Of a stretch of DNA of 64,000 nt, positions 10,037-20,222 are shown in pieces (the stretch's first letter is position 1; the number at the start of each line of letters is the position of its first letter). The DNA comes from Macrostomum lignano (Eukaryota), in assembly GCA_002269645.1 (NCBI GenBank), contig NIVC01001623.1, forward strand, positions 1 through 64,000, in the 5' to 3' direction. The notes below the pieces were generated by a model. The model worked only from the letters and a program-made list of their open reading frames with translations. It did not search any database and was not told the DNA's origin. The position numbers were made by a program, and so were the translations under genes.

Positions 10037-10303
10037 AGTAGTATAGAAAAAGACGCTTCTAGATCAGACCTTATTTTAATTACCGTTTTTAAGGTCTTAA
10101 GAGGGGGGACGCGAGGGGAGTATTGGGGAGTGTTTGGAAGTGTTGGGATTGATTTTTATTGTTAGGGGTGATTATGGGTGATTAGATGTGTTAAGGGTGA
10201 TTAGATGTGTTTTTTTATTTACCCCCCGTGTCCCCCCTCTAGACCCTTAAAACGGTAATTAAAAAAGTGCTCTGGGTCTAGAAGCGTCTTTTTATATACT
10301 ACT
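10037..10303. repeat. Imperfect inverted repeat at the Polinton terminus (arms ~10037-10122 and ~10220-10303)
   Basis: Left arm AGTAGTATAGAAAAAGACGCTTCTAGATCAGAC...; reverse complement of right arm AGTAGTATATAAAAAGACGCTTCTAGACCCAGAG...; ~97-nt G/T-rich spacer. Confidence 0.92.
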
Positions 10304-10417
10304 CCTGTCCGCTTTGTTTCCACTTTGGCAAGACTCCTCCAGTTCAAGTCTGACTTATTTTATGAGAGCTACAGCTAGGCCTTCCAATCCCGGGATTGTG
10401 AATAGTGGACTTTGGGG

Positions 10418-11634
10418 CAAGGACTTCTAGACTAACAGGACGTAAAACTCAAAGATCGTGCAATTTTTTAGAGGCCACGATTTCCCGGAAAAAATACACT
10501 GCGGAGATAGGAAAAAATCAGTTTTTTGTCACAAAAGCAGTGATTGTATTTGATCTGGGGCAGTGAAGACTACCATTCTTTTAATTTAACATGCACAACA
10601 TGTTACTCTATTATATTTTCATATAGCTGTGTATTGAAGTTTTCATTTTCATGTTGTTTTTACTTCATTTCATAAGCCCAAAGTTGCAAATACTCACAAG
10701 TGGCATTAGCCAAACTTTTTGTGCTGTTCCTTTTTTGAATCAAGTATATTTGTAATAAAAACTGTGCATGTAGGTACTCTTAATCTTTTATTGTACGGTT
10801 AGTAACTATACTAGGCCTACTAGTATTAGTTATACCTGTCTACTATTACTACGTACTAGGTATAATGTCTAAGAGTTATAAGTCTAAGACCTATCAAAGA
10901 TTCTTGAAAATTAGGCTTTATATATGGAATCACACATCCTTTTATTGGTAAAATAGGCCCTAACTAAAATGACTGAATACAAGGCATGTTTGTCTTATTC
11001 ATTTTCTTGCCTAATGAATAATGATATTTGATCTATGGATTCCAAAATCTTCTTAATAAGTGTGGCATCCTTACATTTACAATTTATAGGCCTAATTTAT
11101 TTCAGTTTTTTAATTTTTTAAACATGATTCTAGCTAAAGAGAAGAAAGAAGAGAGAGAAATAAAAATGGTAATATCTATCTGTCTAAATCATTAATATAA
11201 TAATAATATGCAATTAGTTACTAGGCCTAATATATGCGTTGAAATGGAACTATATCTACAATAAAAGATTAAGAGTACCTATATGCACAGTTTTTATTAC
11301 AAATATACTTGATTCAAAAAAGGAACAGCACAAAAAGTTTGGCTAATGCCACTTGTGAGTATTTGCAACTTTGGGCTTATGAAATGAAGTAAAAACAACA
11401 TGAAAATGAAAACTTCAATACACAGCTATATGAAAATATAATAGAGTAACATGTTGTGCATGTTAAATTAAAAGAATGGTAGTCTTCACTGCCCCAGATC
11501 AAATACAATCACTGCTTTTGTGACAAAAAACTGATTTTTTCCTATCTCCGCAGTGTATTTTTTCCAGGAAATCGTGGCCTCTAAAAAATTGCACGATCTT
11601 TGAGTTTTACGTCCTGTTAGTCTAGAAGTCCTTG
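10418..11634. mobile_element. Non-autonomous foldback DNA transposon, 1217 bp, with 378-bp TIRs
   Basis: 10418-10795 is the reverse complement of 11257-11634, with 2 mismatches seen. Termini CAAGGACTTCTAGACTAAC; AT-rich non-coding core; no TSD visible. Confidence 0.85.
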
Positions 11635-12003
11635 GTACATGTCTTTGTGTCACATGATTTGTAAGCCAAGCAAATAGCAAATATTCTTAGACTAAAAAAT
11701 CTAAGAAAAAATTACCATGGCGGTCTCTTGATTAATTAAAGTAAATGGTTTCACAATTTGATAATTATAAAAAAGAATCAGATTTCGAAAGTGCTACGCC
11801 TGTTTGAGCCGGAATTTTTACCTGGAATTACTCGATTACTGAGTACTTGTGTTTTTTATTATTTTAACTGTGAGCTCGTAATTGGCTTTCGGTATGCAGT
11901 TTAGCAAAAGAGGAATTCGCAACTACTTTCTTAATTTCTACAGATATGCAGAGTCGTTCCCGCACTGTTTCCAGATTGCAGAGTCGTTCCCGCACAGATT
12001 GAT

Positions 12004-13880
12004 GTCCAGACTGCTTTCAAATTGCTTTCAGACTGCTTCCAGATTGCTTCCAGACTGCTTTCAGACTGCTTCCAGATTGCTTCCAGACTGCTTCCAGATT
12101 GCTGTCCAGACTGCTTCCAAATTGCTTTCAGACTGCTTCCAGATTGCTTCCAGACTGCTTTCAGACTGCTTCCAGATTGCTTCCAGACTGCTTCCAGATT
12201 GCTGTCCAGACTGCTTCCAAATTGCTTTCAGACTGCTTCCAGATTGCTTCCAGACTGCTTTCAGACTGCTTCCAGATTGCTGTCCAGACTGCTTCCAGAT
12301 TGCTGTCCAGACTGCTTCCAGACTGCTTCCAGATTGCTTCCAGACTGCTTTCAGACTGCTTCCAGATTGCTTCCAGATTGCTTCCAGACTGCTTTCAGAC
12401 TGCTTCCAGATTGCTTCCAGACTGCTTTCAAACTGCTTCTAGACTGCTTCCAAATTGCTGTCCAGCCTGCTTCAAGTCTGCTTCCAGACTGCTTCTAAAT
12501 TGCTTCCAGATTGCTTCCAGACTGCTTCCAGATTGCTGTCCAGACTGCTTCCAAATTGCTTTCAGACTGCTTCCAGATTGCTGTCCAGACTGCTTCCAAA
12601 TTGCTTCCAGATTGCTGTCCAGACTGCTTCCAAATTGCTGTCCAGACTGCTTCCAAATTTCTTTCATACTGCTTCCAGATTGCTGTCCAGACTGCTTCCA
12701 AATTGCTTTCAGACTGCTTCCAGATTGCTTTCAGACTGCTTTCAGACTGCTTCCAGATTGCTGTCCAGACTGCTTCCAGATTGCTGTCCAGACTGCTTCC
12801 AGACTGCTTCCAGATTGCTTCCAGACTGCTTTCAGACTGCTTCCAGATTGCTTCCAGATTGCTTTCAGACTGCTTCCAGATTGCTTCCAGACTGCTTTCA
12901 GACTGCTTCCAGATTGCTTCCAGACTGCTTTCAAACTGCTTCTAGACTGCTTCCAAATTGCTGTCCAGACTGCTTCAAGTCTGCTTCCAGACTGCTTCTA
13001 AATTGCTTCCAGATTGCTTCCAGACTGCTTCCAGATTGCTGTCCAGACTGCTTCCAAATTGCTGTCCAGACTGCTTCCAAATTGCTTTCATACTGCTTCC
13101 AGATTGCTTCCAGATTGCTTTCAGACTGCTTCCAGATTGCTTCCAGATTGCTTTCAGACTGCTTCCAGATTGCTTCCAGACTGCTTCCAGATTGCTGTCC
13201 AGACTGCTTCCAGATTGCTTTTAGACTGCTTCCAGATTGCTTCCAGATTGTTTTCAGACTGCTTCCAGATTGCTTCCAGATTGCTTTCAGACTGCTTCCA
13301 GATTGCTTCCAGACTGCTTCCAGACTGCTTTCAAACTGCTTCTAGACTGCTTCCAAATTGCTGTCCAGACTGCTTCAAGTCTGCTTCCAGATTGCTTCCA
13401 GACTGCTTTCAAACTGCTTCTAGACTGCTTCCAAATTGCTGTCCAGACTGCTTCCAGATTGCTTTCAGACTGCTTCCAGATTGCTTCCAGATTGCTTTCA
13501 GACTGCTTCCAGATTGCTTCCAGATTGCTTCCAGACTGCTTCCAGATTGCTTCCAGACTGCTTCCAGACTGCTTTCAAACTGCTTCTAGACTGCTTCCAA
13601 ATTGCTGTCCAGACTGCTTCAAGTCTGCTTCCAGATTGCTTCCAGACTGCTTTCAAACTGCTTCTAGACTGCTTCCAAATTGCTGTCCAGACTGCTTCAA
13701 GTCTGCTTCCAGATTGCTTCCAGACTGCTTCCAAATTGCTGTCCAGACTGCTTCCAAATTGCTGTCCAGACTGCTTCCAAATTGCTGTCCAGACTGCTTC
13801 AAGTCTGCTTCCAGACTGCTTCTAAATTGCTTCTAGACTGCTTCAAATCTGCTTCCAGACTGCTTCCAGACTGCTTCCCA
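12004..13880. repeat. Satellite of ~12-bp units (CAGACTGCTTCC / CAGATTGCTGTC variants) with higher-order structure
   Basis: Continuous tandem variants over ~1.9 kb; all six-frame ORFs here are repeat translations. Confidence 0.97.
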
Positions 13881-14519
13881 CATTGCTTTTCATATGGCTT
13901 TCTACACTGCTTCCCATGCAACTTTCCACACTCCCACACGGCTTCTCACAACACCCCCCCCCCCTCATCGACCTCCAGGCCAGTTATGTTTTCAATTTAT
14001 CTTTCAATGCTAGTTTTTTCATTGGCAACAACCCATCGAACTCAAAATGAATCTCCGGGGCGATTCTACCAGGACCTGTCAGGCAATCATAAGAGGCTTT
14101 CTGTAAGTCCATGGCAGTCTCCAAGAGTCCAAAGGCTGTCTGTGTCTTTTGATTCTGTAAGAACAAGCGAAAACGAGAAATTGGCTTAAGGCGTAGACCG
14201 ACTCTTGGCTGCCCAGGGCGCCAAGGCATTCACTTATATATTATCATTGTACAGCGTGCAAATGTACATAAGAGCTAGTGAACGTGCGCACACGCAATCA
14301 ACTAAGCAAACCATCTTACAATGCTCTCCTTCTTTCAAAAAGTGTTCCACTCACTTTCTGCATTTTTCGTTGTGTTAAAAAAAAAGTTACGAGTATGAGT
14401 TCGACGAATTCTGATCGAATATTTGAACGAATAAATATTTGAGGGAAATAAAAGTGGAAATTAAAATGAACTTAAGCAATGCCAATGTTTAAAAAAAAAC
14501 TATCTAAGAAAATCTGCAT

Positions 14520-17500
14520 TCAATGAGTATACACTTCACCAAAAAATTCTGGCGGGGCACGGGCCCTCTCACTTCGGCGCAATACAGGCTGTTCTGGATG
14601 CTCTGGAACATCAGCAGGGGCGCCGACCGGGGCGCCGATTGGGGTGCCGGCTGGGGCGCCGACCGGGGCGCCGACTGGGGCGCCGGCTGGGTCGCCGGCT
14701 GGGGCGCCGGCTGGGTCGCCGGCTGGGTCGCCGGCTGGGTCGCCGGCTTGGGCGCCGGCTGGGGCGCCGGCTGGGGCGCCGGCTGGGGCGCCGGCTGGGG
14801 CGCCGGCTGGGGCGCCGGCTGGGGCGCCGGCTGGGGCGCCAGCTGGGGCGCCGGCTGGGGCGCCGGATGGGGCGCCGGCTGGGACGCCGTCAAATCTCAG
14901 GTCGTCCTCGTCAGGATTGTGCAGTTGCGCCGCTGGTTGCAATTGAGGTGCTACAGCTGGACTGGCCGTGTTGCATGGCTTCAGGCGATTGAAATGCACC
15001 ACCCTTCGCCGTCGTGCATTGGCCTCGTGCTGAATGCGGTAGGTGACGTCTGAGATCTGCTTTTTAACGCGCCATGGCCCAGTCCACCATCGATGAAATT
15101 TTCGGCTCTCGCCTCGCTTCAGCGCCGGATTGTGCAGCCAGACCAGATCGTTCTCGCTGAATGCCTCGCCGTGGCACCTCCTGTCGTACGCTGCCTTCTG
15201 GTGCAGTTGCGCTGCCTCCAAGTTTTGTCGCGCCCTCTCGTGCGATGTCTGCAGCCGGCTCCGCAGCTCGGCCACCCATTCACAAGGACGTTGCCTATCC
15301 GGCGCCAGACCTCCGTATGCCAAGTCCAGTGGTAGTCGCAGTTCCCGGCCGAAATGCATCACCGAAGGTGTCTGACCAGTCGACTTGTGGACTGAAGTGC
15401 GGTAGCCCATCAGTGCAATCTGCAGATGAAGATCCCAGTCTCGCTGATTCTCGTTCACCCATGCTCGCAGCAGCTGCACCAGTGTCCGGTTCATCCGTTC
15501 GCAACCGCCGTCTCCTTCAGGGTGGTAGCCTGTCGTCTGAGTCTTGTCGATTTTCAGCAGCCGCATCGTCTCTTGAAACAGCTGTGACTCCCAGTTCCGA
15601 CCCTGGTCGGTGTGCACCGACTGCGGGACTCCAAAGCGAGCCACCCACTCGTTGATAAACGTCCGGGCTGTGGTCTCAGCGTCTTGAGACGGTAGTGGAA
15701 AGGCCTCAGTCCACTTGCTGAAGGTGTCGATGACTACCAGGATGACTGAATTTCCACGATCGGTCCTCGGCAGGCCCACCATGAAGTCCATTTCCAGTCG
15801 CTGGCCAACGCTGCCGACCGCCATGCTCTGTAGAGGTGCCCGCCTGTGCTGGCCAGAATCTTTCAGTGTCGCGCATTCGAGGCACGCAGCACACCAGTCA
15901 GTCACATCTGCTGTCATTCCAGGCCAGTAGAGTCGCGCCCTGATCTTTTCAATGGTCTTCTGCGGTCCGCAGTGGCTGCCGCTCGTTCCAGCATGAGCTT
16001 CGACAAAAACATCGCGCTGTAGACTCTCTGGCACCAGCAGCTGCTGACAAAAGGCGCTGCCATCTTCGGATTCCCATCGGCGGCACAGCAGTCCGTTCAC
16101 CAGTGTCAGCCGCTTAAACTCGGACAGCAGTTGCCGCTGCCGATTGCTCCAGCCGTCAGTCTCTGCCTTATCCGGTGGTTGCCCATCTCGCAAGCAGTTC
16201 GCCAGCTTCTGCATGCACCGATCCTCTGCCTGTGCTCGTCGAATCGCGCTGTCGTCATTGAACTCGACAGCGAGCGCAGAACCACTGCATAGGCAAGGTC
16301 CTTTTCGACACGGTCGCCGACTAAGTGCGTCTGCATTTCCATGTTTCTCGCCCTTGCGATACTCCGTCTGGTAGTCGAATTCGCTTAGCTTATCCAGCCA
16401 CCGTGCCAGCTGACCATCGGGATCTCGAAAGCGCAGAAGATGGATCAGCGAGGCGTGATCAGTACGTAGTGTGAATCTTTTTCCTAACAAGTAGCTGCGA
16501 TAGTGACCGACGAAGTGCACAATTGCCAGCAGCTCACGCCTCGTTGTGCAGTAATTTCTCTCTGCTTTGGACAGAATGCGACTGCCGTACGCCACCACCT
16601 GCGTCCTGCCACCACGGCGCTCTTGAAGAACTCCGGAGATGGCCACGCCAGAGGCATCGGTATCTAGCACGAACTCAGCGTCTTCTGCGAATGTCGGCAT
16701 GATGAGGACTGGGCTGGAAGTAAGGCACTGCTTTAGGCGATTAAATGCTGCTGAGAATTCGAGAGTCCAGCTGAAGGTCACGTCCTTTTGCGTTAGCTTG
16801 TACAGCGGTTCAGCAATCTCACTGTAGTTTTTAACGAAATGACGATAGTAGCCACATAACCCCAGGAATTGTCGCACTTCTGAACGATCTTCGGGCGTTG
16901 GCCACTCCTGCACTGCTTTCACCTTGTCCGGGTCAGTGGTCACGCCATCTTTTGAGATTCGAAAGCCAAGAAATGAGATCTCCTGATAGCACAAGTGGCA
17001 CTTGGTCGGCTTCAACTTCAGGTTAGCGGTTCTGAATTTCTGCAACACAAGCTCAAGACGCCGCAGATGCTCCTCGAATCCTTTCGAAAAGATGACAACG
17101 TCGTCAAGAAATGACAGGCACACTTCCCATCGGAGGCCCTTCAGAACGAGTTCCATCAGCCTTGAAAACGTGGCAGGACCATTGCACACACCTTGCGGTA
17201 GTCTCTTGTACTGGAATAATCCTTGTGGCGCAGGAAATGCTGTTTTTGCGCGACTCTCTGAGTCCAGCATCACCTGGGTGTACCCGCTAGTGAAGTCGAG
17301 CGTTGAGAACATTGTGGATCCTGCGAGAGCATCGATCAGATCGCTGGTGTGAGGCAGTGGATGACTGTCTTTGACGGTCACGGAGTTGAGCAGTCTGAAG
17401 TCGTTCACGAAGCGCAAACTGCCGTCCTTCTTCTTCACCAGAATGACCGGGCTCGACCACGGAGAATTCGAAGGCTCTACGATGTCGTCTCTCACCATCT

Positions 17501-18557
17501 GCTCGACCATCTCTGACACAGCTCGCTGGTTCGGCGGCGACAATCTACGAGGAGGCACTCTGATAGGTTTCGCCGACCCGGTGTCAATTTTGTGGTCAAG
17601 GAGTGAAGTGCAGCCCAGGTCGTTTGGACTTTTCGAGAACACATCCTGGTACTGATGCAGAAGATCTTTGACACACTGAACTTGATTGGCTGTAAGATTT
17701 TTCTCATCAATGTGCACATTTGGTACATACTCGGCGATTTGACCTTTCACTGTCTCAACTTGCATTGACAACTCTGCATCGGCACCATCTGACATCGGTT
17801 CAAAAGTCCCCAGTCTTGTTCCGGGGTAAAATGTATGCGGCTTGGTGTCCGTATTGACATAGTGAACAGCGATGAGTCCTCCTCTCAACACCGAGAGGCT
17901 GCGCGCTCCACACATGACCGTGGAGATGTCCTTCGAATTGTCAGGCTCAAAAATGCCGCACTCACCATCAACAGCTGCATCTGACTCACTTGCCAATCTC
18001 GCTGGGAAGACGATTTCGTGACCAGCGGGCACGGTTGTCCTGTCTGCTACCTCAACGGCGAATACACAGCTACTTGCTGCCGATGACTCCATTTTTACTT
18101 GCTGACCGCACACAGTGAGCGTTTGGCGATTGCAGTCGATGACGCAGCCACAGTTTGCCAGGAAATCTGCACCCAGCAAAAAATCCTTGGCCAGATTGTC
18201 GACAACTAAAACTCTTTGTCGAACCGTTGCCACACCGAAACTTAGCTGCACTTCCTGCCAACCACAGGCAGCCAAATAGTTACCGTCTGCCAGCTTCAAC
18301 TGCACCGGAGTCGTCAAAGGCAGGAGCCTCTCATTCAGCTTGCGAAACAGGGAACTTGACATCAGAGACTCGGAACACCCAGTGTCAACTAGACAGCTGG
18401 CAGGGACACACATTGGCAGGATGCGACAGTTTACCAGCATGTTGGCACCAGTGGCTGAGCAGGACACCTCTACGACTGGTTGCGCCGGGATTCTCACTTG
18501 CGGAACGGCACCCCGGCGGTCGCCGCTCCATCGAAGTTTCCCGACTTCTGAGTGCAA
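14520..18557 (-). CDS. pol: Gypsy Pol (PR-RT-RH-IN), predicted to be expressed by -1 frameshift from gag
   Basis: PR LVDTGC; RT SFLDDVVIF; RNase H DTDAS/ELL/TDH/DALSR; integrase HHCC plus D,D35E (MDF, TDQG, CER); GPW motif; domain order PR-RT-RH-IN. Confidence 0.97.
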   Translation of the reverse strand: MHSEVGKLRWSGDRRGAVPQVRIPAQPVVEVSCSATGANMLVNCRILPMCVPASCLVDTGCSESLMSSSLFRKLNERLLPLTTPVQLKLADGNYLAACGWQEVQLSFGVATVRQRVLVVDNLAKDFLLGADFLANCGCVIDCNRQTLTVCGQQVKMESSAASSCVFAVEVADRTTVPAGHEIVFPARLASESDAAVDGECGIFEPDNSKDISTVMCGARSLSVLRGGLIAVHYVNTDTKPHTFYPGTRLGTFEPMSDGADAELSMQVETVKGQIAEYVPNVHIDEKNLTANQVQCVKDLLHQYQDVFSKSPNDLGCTSLLDHKIDTGSAKPIRVPPRRLSPPNQRAVSEMVEQMVRDDIVEPSNSPWSSPVILVKKKDGSLRFVNDFRLLNSVTVKDSHPLPHTSDLIDALAGSTMFSTLDFTSGYTQVMLDSESRAKTAFPAPQGLFQYKRLPQGVCNGPATFSRLMELVLKGLRWEVCLSFLDDVVIFSKGFEEHLRRLELVLQKFRTANLKLKPTKCHLCYQEISFLGFRISKDGVTTDPDKVKAVQEWPTPEDRSEVRQFLGLCGYYRHFVKNYSEIAEPLYKLTQKDVTFSWTLEFSAAFNRLKQCLTSSPVLIMPTFAEDAEFVLDTDASGVAISGVLQERRGGRTQVVAYGSRILSKAERNYCTTRRELLAIVHFVGHYRSYLLGKRFTLRTDHASLIHLLRFRDPDGQLARWLDKLSEFDYQTEYRKGEKHGNADALSRRPCRKGPCLCSGSALAVEFNDDSAIRRAQAEDRCMQKLANCLRDGQPPDKAETDGWSNRQRQLLSEFKRLTLVNGLLCRRWESEDGSAFCQQLLVPESLQRDVFVEAHAGTSGSHCGPQKTIEKIRARLYWPGMTADVTDWCAACLECATLKDSGQHRRAPLQSMAVGSVGQRLEMDFMVGLPRTDRGNSVILVVIDTFSKWTEAFPLPSQDAETTARTFINEWVARFGVPQSVHTDQGRNWESQLFQETMRLLKIDKTQTTGYHPEGDGGCERMNRTLVQLLRAWVNENQRDWDLHLQIALMGYRTSVHKSTGQTPSVMHFGRELRLPLDLAYGGLAPDRQRPCEWVAELRSRLQTSHERARQNLEAAQLHQKAAYDRRCHGEAFSENDLVWLHNPALKRGESRKFHRWWTGPWRVKKQISDVTYRIQHEANARRRRVVHFNRLKPCNTASPAVAPQLQPAAQLHNPDEDDLRFDGVPAGAPSGAPAGAPAGAPAGAPAGAPAGAPAGAPAGAPAGAPAGAQAGDPAGDPAGDPAGAPAGDPAGAPVGAPVGAPAGTPIGAPVGAPADVPEHPEQPVLRRSERARAPPEFFGEVYTH
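14615..14890 (-). repeat. 12-bp in-frame tandem repeat encoding (GAPA)n at the integrase C-terminus
   Basis: GGGGCGCCGGCT units on the + strand; translate to GAPA/GDPA/GAPV in the pol frame. Confidence 0.95.
18483..18542 (-). promoter_or_regulatory. -1 programmed ribosomal frameshift signal: G GGA AAC plus H-type pseudoknot
   Basis: Slippery heptamer 18536-18542 in the gag frame; 6-nt spacer; stem 1 GGAGCGGC/GCCGUUCC; stem 2 CGCCGGGGU/AUCCCGGCG. Confidence 0.88.
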
Positions 18558-19336
18558 AATCTTTGAACATGGCCCGGCTTACCGCACTTCCAGCATGTCA
18601 CAACTCTGCGTCTGTCGCCGCTCTGACGATGATCCTGGTCCTTTGACTCCCAGCGGCTGAGCTTGTTGGACAGCTCCTTCAGGGACCGTTGAATTCCGAC
18701 TGCAAAGGCTTCGGGAACCTCAGCAGCTAGAGCCGTAGCAGTGCCTCCTTGCGACTGTATCGATTCCACGAATCGCGCTGTTTCAACTGTATCAGCGAAT
18801 GTCGCCTTTGCCTGCATCTGCGTCTGCATTCGCACAGCTGGGTCCCTCAATCCGGATAGAAACCGACCTTTGAGAAGCTCGTCCTTCGCTGTCACCGACG
18901 TCTCCTGCTCGGCACCTGCTTTCGTCTCCATCAGACTCGGGAAAGCGCGTTTTGCCGCCACAATCAGGGCATCGGAATAGTCTGCAACCGACTGACCGTC
19001 CTTTTGAGTCAGATTGAAGAACTGCGCCTGCAGCTCAGCAGAGGATTTTGATGGCCGAAATCGATTTTTCAGAGCCTTCTCAAAGTCGTCGTAGGACAGG
19101 GCAGCATCCAAATTGTTGGCCGCTTGATATGATTTGTCGTCGAGGAATGACAGCAGAGCATTCTTGCCCTGATCGACAGGAAGAGATGATGCGAAATTGT
19201 TGAATCGTGCCAGCCAAAGTTCAAAGTCTTGTCCATGCTGGTATTGAGGCGGCCGCAAAAACATGTTGACAAAACTAGCTTGGGGCTGAGTCGCCGCCAC
19301 TGCAGGGCTCTCTGCACTGCCTTCATTTTCAGTCAT
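18494..19336 (-). CDS. gag: Gypsy Gag
   Basis: ATG at 19336; capsid-like region (WLARFNNF; LKNRF; LKGRFLSGL); CCHC knuckle CWKCGKPGHVQRFC. Confidence 0.95.
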   Translation of the reverse strand: MTENEGSAESPAVAATQPQASFVNMFLRPPQYQHGQDFELWLARFNNFASSLPVDQGKNALLSFLDDKSYQAANNLDAALSYDDFEKALKNRFRPSKSSAELQAQFFNLTQKDGQSVADYSDALIVAAKRAFPSLMETKAGAEQETSVTAKDELLKGRFLSGLRDPAVRMQTQMQAKATFADTVETARFVESIQSQGGTATALAAEVPEAFAVGIQRSLKELSNKLSRWESKDQDHRQSGDRRRVVTCWKCGKPGHVQRFCTQKSGNFDGAATAGVPFRK

Positions 19337-19842
19337 AGCCGCCGCTGCCACCAATGTAAGAACAAGCGAAAACGAGAAATTGGCTTAAGGCGTAGACCGA
19401 CTCTTGGCTGCCCAGGGCGCCAAGGCATTCACTTATATATTATCATTGTACAGCGTGCAAATGTACATAAGAGCTAGTGAACGTGCGCACACGCAATCAA
19501 CTAAGCAAACCATCTTACAATTCTGTAGTCAACTTCCCCCCAACAGCAGCCTGGCTTCTCAATCAGATCGGCATTCCCGAAGTTTTTCTTGAATCAAGAT
19601 ATAAACAGGATGCCTATGCTGATAGCAGTCTTTGTCGTGAAGTTAATGTGTTTGTTTTAAATTAGACAGTTGTGTGAGGTTGAGTAGTAAAGCTGACTTG
19701 AGCCGATAGTTCGTGCTGTGTGCATTGAGCCAAGGTGAGACTAAATAAAAACATGCAGCATTGTGTGAAGAAAAGTTTATCCAAAATGACCATGTGAGCA
19801 GTAACGCGAGCTTACAGAAGCTCATAGCCGTAAGTCCTAACT

Positions 19843-20222
19843 AAGACCTAACTTCACAAGACCTAACTACTTCATGAGACCTAAACTTCAAGAGACCCAA
19901 ACTTCATAAGACCTAACTACTTTATGAGACCTAAACTTCATGCGACCTAAACTTCATGAGACCTAAACTTCATGAGACCTAAACTTCATGAGACCTAAAC
20001 TTCATGAGACCTAAACTTCATGAGACCTAAACTTCACGAGACCTAAACTTCATGAGACCTAAACTTCATGAGACCTAAACTTCATGAGACCCAAACTTCG
20101 TGAGACCTAAACTTCATGAGACCTAAACATCATGAGACCTAAACTTCATGAGACCTAAACTTCATGTGACCTAAACTTCATGAGACCTAAACATCGTGAG
20201 ACGTAAAATTCATGAGACCACG
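19843..20222. repeat. 16-bp minisatellite (GAGACCTAAACTTCAT)n
   Basis: Direct tandem copies. Confidence 0.95.

Larger units (their letters stand above)
1..10303. mobile_element. Polinton/Maverick (adintovirus-like) endogenous viral element, right-hand portion; left end lies outside the window
   Basis: AT-rich, intronless, densely packed ORFs including a protein-primed family B polymerase, a fibre and core-like proteins. Ends ...TATATACTACT at 10303, which reads 5'-AGTAGT on the minus strand, the typical Polinton terminus. No integrase, ATPase, capsid or protease gene is seen in this window. Confidence 0.93.
14156..19519 (-). mobile_element. Intact Ty3/Gypsy LTR retrotransposon (5364 bp)
   Basis: Identical 165-bp LTRs (14156-14320 and 19355-19519; TGTAAGA...TCTTACA); 4-bp TSD ATTC; PBS TGGTGGCAGCGG (19342-19353, tRNA-Leu type); PPT GAAAGAAGGAGAG (14324-14336); uninterrupted gag and pol. 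Confidence 0.98.

Noticed and set aside
10101-10150. G-quadruplex in the Polinton terminal loop
   Set aside because: Only three close G-runs, and part of them is committed to the stem.
11882-13836. Many 70-300-aa ORFs (SRLLPDCFQTA...)
   Set aside because: Translations of a 12-bp satellite that are open in several frames at once; no coding evidence.
14523-18660. Plus-strand ORFs inside the Gypsy element
   Set aside because: Antisense shadows of GC-rich pol and of the 12-bp repeat.
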